NCBI GenBank assembly: GCA_947630195.1
Contig: CANRGQ010000001.1
Coordinates: forward strand, 1 to 42,517
Direction of reading: 5' to 3'
Source of the DNA: an uncultured Bacilli bacterium
GTDB lineage: Bacteria; Bacillota_I; Bacilli_A; RF39; UBA660
DNA: 42,517 nucleotides
Made by a program: the position numbers and the translations under genes. Below, piece after piece: positions 8,873-17,282 of this stretch. Under the pieces are notes generated by a model. The model saw nothing but the letters and a program-made list of their open reading frames with translations, did not search any database and was not told the origin of the DNA. The first letter of the stretch is position 1; the number at the start of each line of letters is the position of its first letter.

Positions 8873-10101
8873 TTCCTAACATTATTTTTCATTTTATTTT
8901 GATTAATATAAAGATTCCTCATTGGATTTATTGATGATGAATTTCTGAATCTATTTTCATTACTTTGAGATGGATTATTTTTATTAGAACTAAAGAAATT
9001 GTTATTTGTTTGAGATGCTGAATAATTATTATGGTTTTTAAAATCCATATTAGCTGAGTCCGGCATCTCTGGACTAGATCCCCTAAATTTATTTGCCATA
9101 TTTACAAACCCTCTTCCTAATTTAGTGCCACCATTAACAATAGCTGAGCCTATCGAAACAGCTTTATCTTTGGCATAACTTAAACCTCTTCCAGTTGAAG
9201 ATGCCATTGCTATAATTGATTGAATACCACCAAGCCCTTCCGAAACTCCGGATTGTTGATTTAAAAGAGTTTTAATAATTGTCGGTGTAGTAATAATGAA
9301 TATTAAAGCTCCTAATATAAGAAAGATACTTGCTCCAATACCAGTGTCATTTGATGCATCAGCACATAGGTTTAATAATAGTCCGATACATACAAACTGC
9401 ACAACGGTTACTAGAAAAGCACCCATTGTTGATTTGCACCAAACATTAAATGCTCCTGCTTGGCTAGTAGTTAATGAAGTACAACAAAAAGGTCCGATAA
9501 CTTTATAGAGGGCTATTTCCATTACTCGGGATGCAATCTGAATCCCGACATAAAATAATAAAAAAACCATAATAATTGAAATAACAAATAACATAAAAAA
9601 GTTGAGAGAGTAGACATATACATCACCTAAACCAACAAAACCCCCTGTGGTTTCGTTAATATCTATGGTTTTATAATTAGAAACAAGTTCTTCTATCTTA
9701 TCTTCTTCCATTTCATTATCATATACCATTGCTCTAATGATGGAAGATGAAAGAGAAGTATCCGAATTAGTATCGGTCATACTCGACACTTCCAAAACAG
9801 CATCATTTAATGCAGTTGAAACATTTTGTCCAAATTGAAATAGGGGTGTTATTAAGAACATCATAACTATAGCAATTAAAACTCCTCGATATACTACAAA
9901 CGGACTACTTCTTTCATCATTTTTTATTATATAATTCATAACTAGTTCTATAATGGTTTTTAAAACTAACCAACTACAGGCTACAATTAAAGCTCCACCA
10001 AATATTTTATTAACATACTCATTATCAAAAAATTGATATCGCCATACTTTGTCAATTGTATTAAAGATATTATTTAATGCCCATAGAACACCTTTAGACA
10101 T
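8863..10101 (-). CDS. VirB6/TrbL-like polytopic membrane protein of the T4SS channel
   Basis: 412 aa with multiple TM helices and an N/S-rich C-terminal tail. It lies between the sortase and PrgI-like genes. The ATG at 10101 lacks an SD. An in-frame ATT at 10173 lies 8 nt after GGAGG and may be the true start. Confidence 0.65.
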   Translation of the reverse strand: MSKGVLWALNNIFNTIDKVWRYQFFDNEYVNKIFGGALIVACSWLVLKTIIELVMNYIIKNDERSSPFVVYRGVLIAIVMMFLITPLFQFGQNVSTALNDAVLEVSSMTDTNSDTSLSSSIIRAMVYDNEMEEDKIEELVSNYKTIDINETTGGFVGLGDVYVYSLNFFMLFVISIIMVFLLFYVGIQIASRVMEIALYKVIGPFCCTSLTTSQAGAFNVWCKSTMGAFLVTVVQFVCIGLLLNLCADASNDTGIGASIFLILGALIFIITTPTIIKTLLNQQSGVSEGLGGIQSIIAMASSTGRGLSYAKDKAVSIGSAIVNGGTKLGRGFVNMANKFRGSSPEMPDSANMDFKNHNNYSASQTNNNFFSSNKNNPSQSNENRFRNSSSINPMRNLYINQNKMKNNVRKWT

Positions 10102-10185
10102 ATTCCAAAAAATAGACCTAAAAATGTCATTTATAAAACTTTGTTTAACTGGTTGAATATCTAAAAGAAAAATTTAAAGCACCTC

Positions 10186-10797
10186 CTAAAAAATCTCTTG
10201 ATTGATTAAATTACTGACAATTACTATTTGTTTAGTTCTATCAGTTTGACTACAAGTGGTTAATACTAACATCTTATTATTAGACCTAATAACTTCAATA
10301 TCACCATCTTTTAATACATCATATTTAGAAACAATTTCATAAGTGTACTTAATACCTTTATAATAAACATAAATTAAATCATTAGTATTTAGTTTATATA
10401 AATATTTAAAATAAGACCTTTTTCCATTTCCTGAATGACCAGCAATAGCCAGTAAACTTTTATCTTCATCAGGCATTGTTGAATTTTTCAACACTTCAAT
10501 ATTTTTATTAACATTGTTATTTTTATCACCGAGAGAAAGAAAACCTCTTTTTAAATTAATTTTTGGAATTTCTAAAATACCAATATAATTAATTTCATTA
10601 GAAGTAGTGTTATTATTTTTAATAACTTCTTCATCTTTATGAGCATAAGTAGTAAAAAATTCATTTACTAAATTTTCATTATTTTTATTTGAAATATAAA
10701 TATTTGCATAATAAATTAGAATCCCAAATATAGATAAAAGAATTAAAAGAGAGCCAATTTTAAAAAATCGACTCTTATTTTTTTCTTTTTTCATCAT
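10186..10797 (-). CDS. Sortase (class B/C-like)
   Basis: N-terminal TM anchor, catalytic-His region LAIAGHSG, and the Cys motif LVLTTCS (TLxTC-like). The gene overlaps the end of the adhesin gene. Confidence 0.85.
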   Translation of the reverse strand: MMKKEKNKSRFFKIGSLLILLSIFGILIYYANIYISNKNNENLVNEFFTTYAHKDEEVIKNNNTTSNEINYIGILEIPKINLKRGFLSLGDKNNNVNKNIEVLKNSTMPDEDKSLLAIAGHSGNGKRSYFKYLYKLNTNDLIYVYYKGIKYTYEIVSKYDVLKDGDIEVIRSNNKMLVLTTCSQTDRTKQIVIVSNLINQEIF

Positions 10798-13700
10798 ATA
10801 TCAAAAACCCAATACCTGCGAATATACAAACTAAAGCAATTATATCAATTATTGTTGATTCATTGGCTGAAGTTTTAGGAACAGGTATTTTTTCATTAGT
10901 CATGTCACTCTTTACTACAATTCCATCCTCTAAAATTTCAAAGAACATTTTCTCGGGATTTAAAATGTAGCCATCCGGTGCTTGTTTTTCTAAAATATAG
11001 TATTTTCCATATTTTAAATTCTCAATAATTACTTTGCCATTTTCATCAGTTAAACCACTAAAAATTAGCTCATCTTTATCAGTGTAAACTTCAATCAATG
11101 TATTAGGCAGTGGATTACCGGTTGAGATGTCCGTTTTTGTAAATTCTAAAGTACCAGTAATTAGTTTGTTTTCCATATTGGCTTTAACAATCTCACCATT
11201 TCTTCTAATGCTAAAATACATCTTTTCCGTATTTAAAACATAACCCTCTGGTGCTTCTTTTTCTAAAATATAATAGCTTCCATATCTTAATTTCTTAATA
11301 AAAATCTTGCCATATTCATCAGTTCTTCCTCTAAAAATTAATTTATCATTAATAGTATAAATTTCAATTAAGGTATTAGGAAGTGGCTCACCAGTTGAGA
11401 TGTCGGTTTTAGTAAATTCTAATTTTCCAGTAATAGGAACATCTTTCATTTCTGATTTAATAATTTCGCCATCTTCTTTTATCTCAAAATACATTCTATC
11501 TTTGTTGATAAGATATCCTCTAGGAGCTTCTTTTTCCAAGAAATAATACTTACCTGTTTTTAAGTTCTCGATAATAATTTTTCCGTATTTATCAGTTCGA
11601 CCACTAAATATTAATTCATTATCAATAGTATAAACTTCAATTAAAGTATTAGGTAAAGGCTTACCTGTCGAAATATCAACTTTTGTTATTTCAATCTTAC
11701 CTTTTTTTAGATAATTTTTTAAAGTGATTTCTTGTTCAATGATTGGTGTATATTGGTCTCGATATTCTAAATTGAACTCATATTCTTTAGTATCTAAAAC
11801 ATAACCATCAATAGTTTCAATTTCTTTTAAAATATACTTGCCAAGTTTTAAATCCAAAAATTCAGCATAGCCATCTTTATTTGTTATAGCTGTTGCAATC
11901 AATTTCCCTTTTTCATCATATAGACCAAATTTAATTCCTTTTAAAGCAATTTCTTCATAAGTGAAACTGCCATCTTCAATAACAAATTCTTCGCCAGTTT
12001 TATGAATAACTATTTTGCCACGAACTTCTTGATTTTCAAATTCGACTTCTAATATTACTCCTAAATCATCATCAAAAGTGAATTCAGCATCTTTTTTAAC
12101 TTCAAATTTTAATGGCTCTCTATTCCACAAGTATCCATCAATGACTTGGTCAATTTCTTCTAATTGATAATGACCAACTTCTAATCCGTATGGCGTATAT
12201 AAAATGCCTTCTTCATTTGTTTTAAATACACATAATTTTTCATTAGTAGGGTAACTAACCATTTGACAAACATAATCGCCAGTATCTAAATTTTTTATCT
12301 TAAATTTTATACCGGCAATAGGCAATTCTTCTTTTGTAACGGAATCTATTTTTGTAACTTTAATTCGTGCCTTTATTGGTCCATTATTGATAACTTTATC
12401 AACATCTTTATTTTTAATATCGATTTCAAAGCATCTTGCATCTTCTGAATCAAGAGCTCCTTTAGTTTGACAAACACTATATCTTCCATAAGGTAAAGTT
12501 ATTTTTGCTCGACCTTTATCATCAGTAGTAATAGTGCCTACCTTTTTATTTTTACTAATTAATGTTATATCAAATACTGCATTTGGCTCGGTTTCTATTT
12601 CACCAGTTGTGCCATCACTTTTGACTTTAAATAAATGAAAATCAAATTTATAAACTTCTTCTTTAGAAGTTACAGAAACAACTTGGTCGTGTTCTTCAAT
12701 AGTTACATTATAAGTTTTGGTGTCTATTTTATAACCGACATTTGGTGTTTTTTCTCTTACGGTGTAATTTCCAACTTCAAGAGCTCTAGATTTGGCTTTA
12801 CAATTACTACCAATTGTTAAAGTATCAACTTCTTCGCCGTCTTCATTATAAATGCCATAAATAGCTCCGACTAATTTAGCATCTCCTTGTGCCTCACAAC
12901 TATTGTTTTCAGAGTCAACTTTGGTAATCTCGATATAACCCTCACTTGCTTCACCAGAAACTCTTGCATAAATGGGGTCTACATTACCATTTGTTATTAG
13001 GTTTTGAGAATCGGCTAGAGTTAAAAATAAAACACTATGGTCATAAGAGCCTCGACCATTTTTAACTAATGTAACACTTACTTCGCCACCATTTTCAGTA
13101 GTTATTGATAGTTTATTTCCATTAATTTGGGCTGTACAATTGTTACAACTATCAACCGAGAATTGACTTAAAACATTGTTGGTATCTTCCAATTCTTGCG
13201 TTTCGCCTTTCTTTAGTTTTACAGATGTTCCATTAAAACTAGGAGTTACTGAATGATTATCTACAAGTGCTTGGATTTCGTTCATAGCATTTGTAACAGT
13301 AGCAGGATCGTTGACTTTAGAACAGCCATCAGTACATAATGTATTAGTAAATACTGTTGGCTCAATAGTTCTATAAATAAGCATTTGAGTTGCGACAATA
13401 TAAATGCTATTAGTATGAGTTCCATAACCATATCCATAATGAGCATATAATTGCATTTTTCTTAATTGCTCTAGTGTTAATTGATTAGTTGGCTTTTCTT
13501 GAGAATTATTTACTAAATCTAAAATGCTCGTATCATCATAATTATAAACATTATAAGTTTTAGAACGATTCATTACTTCGCCCGGAGCAATACAATATGC
13601 TTGAGCTCCCACACTTACTCCACTTGTTATTTTAGTATTAAGAATTTGCCCATATCTATTAAAATGACTTGAACTTTCCATATGGGCATGATAGTAATCG

Positions 13701-13804
13701 CCGACATTTTTGGATGTTACTTTAGCTGTATCGGCTTTAACTATATTTACATCTAATAGTAATAATAATAAAATTATGATAAAAATAAAATTTTTTCCTT
13801 TCAT
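10775..13804 (-). CDS. Cell-wall-anchored adhesin: putative thioester N-domain plus multiple Cna-B/SpaA-type repeats
   Basis: Track ORF 10775..13846. I prefer the ATG at 13804 (MKGKNFIFIIILLLLLL..., GGAGG 13813-13817). AYCIAPGE and VATQMLIY resemble the Cys and TQxA(I/V)W motifs of thioester domains. There are many G-x-I/L-x-I/F-T-K-x-D ... G-x-Y-x-L-x-E-x-x-A-P-x-G-Y repeats. The C-terminus has VPKTS, then a hydrophobic helix, then KRKK. Confidence 0.85.
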   Translation of the reverse strand: MKGKNFIFIIILLLLLLDVNIVKADTAKVTSKNVGDYYHAHMESSSHFNRYGQILNTKITSGVSVGAQAYCIAPGEVMNRSKTYNVYNYDDTSILDLVNNSQEKPTNQLTLEQLRKMQLYAHYGYGYGTHTNSIYIVATQMLIYRTIEPTVFTNTLCTDGCSKVNDPATVTNAMNEIQALVDNHSVTPSFNGTSVKLKKGETQELEDTNNVLSQFSVDSCNNCTAQINGNKLSITTENGGEVSVTLVKNGRGSYDHSVLFLTLADSQNLITNGNVDPIYARVSGEASEGYIEITKVDSENNSCEAQGDAKLVGAIYGIYNEDGEEVDTLTIGSNCKAKSRALEVGNYTVREKTPNVGYKIDTKTYNVTIEEHDQVVSVTSKEEVYKFDFHLFKVKSDGTTGEIETEPNAVFDITLISKNKKVGTITTDDKGRAKITLPYGRYSVCQTKGALDSEDARCFEIDIKNKDVDKVINNGPIKARIKVTKIDSVTKEELPIAGIKFKIKNLDTGDYVCQMVSYPTNEKLCVFKTNEEGILYTPYGLEVGHYQLEEIDQVIDGYLWNREPLKFEVKKDAEFTFDDDLGVILEVEFENQEVRGKIVIHKTGEEFVIEDGSFTYEEIALKGIKFGLYDEKGKLIATAITNKDGYAEFLDLKLGKYILKEIETIDGYVLDTKEYEFNLEYRDQYTPIIEQEITLKNYLKKGKIEITKVDISTGKPLPNTLIEVYTIDNELIFSGRTDKYGKIIIENLKTGKYYFLEKEAPRGYLINKDRMYFEIKEDGEIIKSEMKDVPITGKLEFTKTDISTGEPLPNTLIEIYTINDKLIFRGRTDEYGKIFIKKLRYGSYYILEKEAPEGYVLNTEKMYFSIRRNGEIVKANMENKLITGTLEFTKTDISTGNPLPNTLIEVYTDKDELIFSGLTDENGKVIIENLKYGKYYILEKQAPDGYILNPEKMFFEILEDGIVVKSDMTNEKIPVPKTSANESTIIDIIALVCIFAGIGFLIYDEKRKK
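10883..11701 (-). repeat. Three tandem 273-nt (91-aa) near-identical Cna-B-type coding repeats inside the adhesin gene
   Basis: The units begin GKIEITKVDISTGKPLPNTLIEVYT..., GKLEFTKTDISTGEPLPNTLIEIYT... and GTLEFTKTDISTGNPLPNTLIEVYT.... Coordinates were derived by counting back from the stop. Confidence 0.8.
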
Positions 13805-13871
13805 TATAAACACCTCCATTTTGTCATAAAAAAAATAAGTTTTCACTTATTTTTAAAATTATTGTTACTTA

Positions 13872-14594
13872 TTAATTTTTTCCGGTACAAGCATACCCAA
13901 GACTTTTTAAATATTGAATAGCACTTATACCATTTCCATTTTCAAATGAAACACTATTTGGAAGATAAATCATGTCGTTATCTTCACAAAGTTTTTTGGG
14001 AACATATAAACTAATTGAATAAATCTTTGCCTCACAAGTATCGTCAGAGTATTCTCTAGGAACTGGTGAAATGAAAAAGCCATATAAATAATTCCTAGCA
14101 ATTCTATCGCCGTCATTATAAGCCTCTTCATAACTATTGTAAAATCTTAATGTATCATAAGTTTTAGACAAGTTGTTTAGCCATTTTACATATCCCTCAT
14201 CATTGTTATTGCAAGTATGCTTTTCTTTAACTTCATTATTAGATGGTTGCTTATTATCCGAAACATTATTATCATTTTGTTTATTATTGGTAGCTGTATC
14301 TTTGCTGTTTGAAGTTTGCTTTTTATCTTCTTTTGAAGTTTTATCTTGATTGTCATTAGAAATAGGCTCTTCAACTTCAGGACTACTGTTGTTCTCAACA
14401 TCACTAGATTCGTTATCATCATTATTGTTGTTATTTTCATATTGCAAGTTATCATTAATTTTTTGCGTATCATTAGGATTTGGATTATTAGACTCTTTGT
14501 TATTCAAAACAACAAAGTAGGTAATACAAGTTCCCAACAATATAATTAAAATAATACTTATTAGTATAATTAATATTTTTTTGCTTTTTTTCAT
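13872..14594 (-). CDS. Membrane-anchored hypothetical protein with N/D/S-rich linker and Cys-containing C-domain
   Basis: Track ORF 13872..14618. I prefer the ATG at 14594 (MKKSKKILIILISIILIILL), which is preceded by AAGGAAGG. Confidence 0.6.
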   Translation of the reverse strand: MKKSKKILIILISIILIILLGTCITYFVVLNNKESNNPNPNDTQKINDNLQYENNNNNDDNESSDVENNSSPEVEEPISNDNQDKTSKEDKKQTSNSKDTATNNKQNDNNVSDNKQPSNNEVKEKHTCNNNDEGYVKWLNNLSKTYDTLRFYNSYEEAYNDGDRIARNYLYGFFISPVPREYSDDTCEAKIYSISLYVPKKLCEDNDMIYLPNSVSFENGNGISAIQYLKSLGYACTGKN

Positions 14595-14652
14595 ACCATA
14601 CCTTCCTTTAACTCGCATTGTACGACAATGTTATAAAAAAATCAAATTTTTT

Positions 14653-14937
14653 TTAATAATCTTTTTCTAAATATTGCTTTAAATAGTTTAAATCATTAAT
14701 TAAATCGTGTAAATTACACCGAAGTTCAATTCTTTTTTGATTATTATTAAATTTGTCACAAAAGTATTTTAAAATGGTTTCTATAAAAATAGGATTATTT
14801 ATATTTTCTTTTAAAATGTCTTTAGCATCATTTTTACTTAAATCATTTTTTTCGAAAATATTAAAATAGTCCAACATATCAAAAATGCGATTTAATAAAT
14901 TTTTGCTTTTTATAAAGTAATAATAATTCTTTTGCAT
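14653..14937 (-). CDS. Hypothetical protein
   Basis: 94-aa ORF tightly packed behind the upstream gene (1-nt gap). Confidence 0.5.
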   Translation of the reverse strand: MQKNYYYFIKSKNLLNRIFDMLDYFNIFEKNDLSKNDAKDILKENINNPIFIETILKYFCDKFNNNQKRIELRCNLHDLINDLNYLKQYLEKDY

Positions 14938-14938
14938 T

Positions 14939-15331
14939 TTATATTTTTATATCCTTATTTATATATGTGGCATCACTTACTATCTCTTCGATATCACAAT
15001 CACTATAATCAACTGCACTATAAAAATCAAGATTTTCATTTAAATACTTTTGAGTTTCATTAACAATTGATTTAATATCAGTTATATTACAAATATCAAT
15101 TAAATAATTATTAATGAATATATTTACTCGATAAACAAAGTCACCAACTTTAGAATAAAATAAATCGTTATCTAAAACAAAGTTATTTCTAAATTTACTA
15201 TAAAAGGTATTATGTAGATTTTTATCAAATATTACTTGCTTAATTAAATTACAATTTTTAAGGGGAATATTTTCTACTTTTTCTTGATGTAGAATCTCTT
15301 TAATAATTTTATCAAAACTTTTTCTTTTCAT
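14939..15331 (-). CDS. Hypothetical protein
   Basis: 130-aa ORF. Its ATG overlaps the stop (TAATG) of the unannotated small membrane ORF upstream. Confidence 0.5.
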   Translation of the reverse strand: MKRKSFDKIIKEILHQEKVENIPLKNCNLIKQVIFDKNLHNTFYSKFRNNFVLDNDLFYSKVGDFVYRVNIFINNYLIDICNITDIKSIVNETQKYLNENLDFYSAVDYSDCDIEEIVSDATYINKDIKI

Positions 15332-15594
15332 TATTTAAAATAGCCAAAAATCCAACTAACAAATTCAGCAGTAATTAAAGAACATACTCCTGCAATTATA
15401 GTCGATTTTATCTTTCTATCATAACTGGCTTTATGATTATCGTCAGTAGCTGTCATTTTTAAGACACAATCTTTAGCCACAAAGAAAGCAGTAGCTCCAA
15501 TAACAAAAAGTCTTAAATAATTTGTAGCATCCTGAATAAGACTTAAAACATCTTGTAATATGCTATCTATAATTATTCCCCAAAATTGTATTAT
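15331..15594 (-). CDS. Possible small two-TM membrane protein (VirB2/Maff2-like topology) without a canonical start
   Basis: Not in the track. An 88-codon open frame reads ...ILQDVLSLIQDATNYLRLFVIGATAFFVAKDCVLKMTATDDNHKASYDRKIKSTIIAGVCSLITAEFVSWIFGYFK. Its stop is coupled to the next gene. Only ATA/ATT codons are available near the 5' end, and AAGGAGG (15622-15628) lies further upstream. Confidence 0.3.
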   Translation of the reverse strand: MIQFWGIIIDSILQDVLSLIQDATNYLRLFVIGATAFFVAKDCVLKMTATDDNHKASYDRKIKSTIIAGVCSLITAEFVSWIFGYFK

Positions 15595-15632
15595 TTTTTA
15601 GTTTGTTTTGAATATTTAATACCTCCTTAATT

Positions 15633-16460
15633 TTAATATTCTAGTGATATTTTTAGCTGTACACCATTTTCTAATCTCTTTTTAATGATTTCACAATATT
15701 TGCTAGATAATTCAATTCCTATCCATTTTCTATTTAATACTTCACAGCCTAGTAGAGTAGAGCCACTGCCACTTGTAAAATCCAATACTATTTCATTTTC
15801 TTTAGTATAAGTTGAAATTAGATATTCCATAAGATTAATAGGTTTTTGCGTAGGATGATACAATATAGCCTCTCTTGGAAACTGAATTATATTTCTAGGG
15901 TAGTTACTAAATTCTTGGATGCTTTCAAATTTTTTGTCTGACTTTTTTTCTCGTAAATAGTTAACACTTTTTTTAATTGTTTTTATATTAACTGATATTA
16001 ATCCCTGTGGGTAATAGTTAATATGTTGTTTTGCACTAGAGTTTGCTTTGGCTTTAGAAAAAACCATAATATCTTCATAGCATCTTAAGGGTTGATATTT
16101 AGCTGTTTGAAAATTAGTAACTTGGGTTTTAATCCATTTCCAATCATAGCGATATAAGTTTAAATTACTCATCCTTAATTTACTAGAAAAAGGCTCATTA
16201 CCAAACAAAACAATAGCACCATTATCTTTAATGAGTTTTAATAACTTATCCCACATTTCATCAAACGGAATAATGTTATCCCAAGAGAAGTTAGTGACGG
16301 CATATGGTGGGTCAGTTATTATGGCATCCACTTTAACTCCATCTTTTATTAGTTCATCCATTACTTTTAAACAATCACCATTATATAAAACACCATTGTT
16401 GGTTGAATAGTATGGTTTACAAGTTATTTTATCACCTCCAATCCATTTATAAAAAAACAA
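15633..16460 (-). CDS. Beta-class N6-adenine/N4-cytosine DNA methyltransferase (orphan)
   Basis: DAIITDPPY (motif IV) precedes FTSGSGSTLLG (motif I, FxGxG), which is the beta-class order. No restriction endonuclease gene lies beside it. The track's TTG start has no SD. An in-frame ATA at 16427 lies 7 nt after GGAGG. Confidence 0.85.
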   Translation of the reverse strand: MFFYKWIGGDKITCKPYYSTNNGVLYNGDCLKVMDELIKDGVKVDAIITDPPYAVTNFSWDNIIPFDEMWDKLLKLIKDNGAIVLFGNEPFSSKLRMSNLNLYRYDWKWIKTQVTNFQTAKYQPLRCYEDIMVFSKAKANSSAKQHINYYPQGLISVNIKTIKKSVNYLREKKSDKKFESIQEFSNYPRNIIQFPREAILYHPTQKPINLMEYLISTYTKENEIVLDFTSGSGSTLLGCEVLNRKWIGIELSSKYCEIIKKRLENGVQLKISLEY

Positions 16461-16937
16461 TTAATTCGTTGAACTAATTGTCTTTTTGCGTTTATATACT
16501 GCTTTATCATCTTTTTGAATTAAATTGAAATGTAATGCTACTTTAACATAGCAACTTCTTTTAATTTGCCTTGTCGTTTTTAAGGATTTTGCAATCGCAT
16601 CAGCCATTTCTTCATCAGTTAATCTTTGCTCGATACCATATTTAAATATAGATTTTTCATCATCGGTTAAAGTTGCTTTAAAATTTTTAACTTTAATATT
16701 AAATTTTTTAATCTCATTTAATAGCTCTTCTCGTTTAATAAGAACTGATTGAGTGGGGTTTGAAACAGAATGGGTATCTGATATGACAACTTCTTTAATA
16801 GTTGATGTTGCTTTGCCAAAGTAATTTTTAGCGAGAAATACTTTATAATTGTATTCATCCCATTTTTTGTAAATTCTTTTTGAAAGTTCTCTTAAATAAA
16901 ACTTATTAACATATTCCTTTGCGAGTAAAACTCTCAT
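16461..16937 (-). CDS. ArpU / sigma-70 region-4-like transcriptional regulator
   Basis: The C-terminal LTDDEKSIFKYGIEQRLTDEEMADAIAKSLKTTRQIKRSCYVKV resembles the region-4 HTH of ArpU/Orf7-like regulators of phages and ICEs. Confidence 0.5.
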   Translation of the reverse strand: MRVLLAKEYVNKFYLRELSKRIYKKWDEYNYKVFLAKNYFGKATSTIKEVVISDTHSVSNPTQSVLIKREELLNEIKKFNIKVKNFKATLTDDEKSIFKYGIEQRLTDEEMADAIAKSLKTTRQIKRSCYVKVALHFNLIQKDDKAVYKRKKTISSTN

Positions 16938-17282
16938 AATAAAATCCCCCGTTTCTTAAAAAGCCCCAACACTGCTAAAAACTTTTTAATTGAAAATTAT
17001 TTTACAATTTTTTTATAAAAAGTCAATAGTAATGTGGCGTTTTTGCATAAATTTTTGCATTTTCGCATCATGTGATAAAGCATAAAAAAATAGAAGTCTA
17101 CCTCCCCATTGGCGTAATCTTCTATTTATAACAATTGTATCATAACGAAATATAAAATAAAATATCCAAAAAATACTCAAACAAATTAGTAAATTTATAA
17201 CCATTTTATTTGGTAAAGCAATTACCCCGAAAAATGATAAAAAATTGTTTTTAAGTTATGTATTTAAAAGGAATACTACTTT

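Noticed and set aside
13872-14594. N/D/S/K-rich low-complexity stretch as a nucleotide-level tandem repeat or contingency locus
   Set aside because: It is compositionally biased, but I could not find a regular repeat unit. It reads as a disordered linker of a membrane-anchored protein.
17013-17204. 63-aa track ORF between the ArpU-like gene and the MazG-Nudix gene
   Set aside because: There is no convincing SD. It overlaps the TTTTTGCAT repeat array. Its composition looks like translated AT-rich intergenic DNA. A small membrane peptide cannot be fully excluded.
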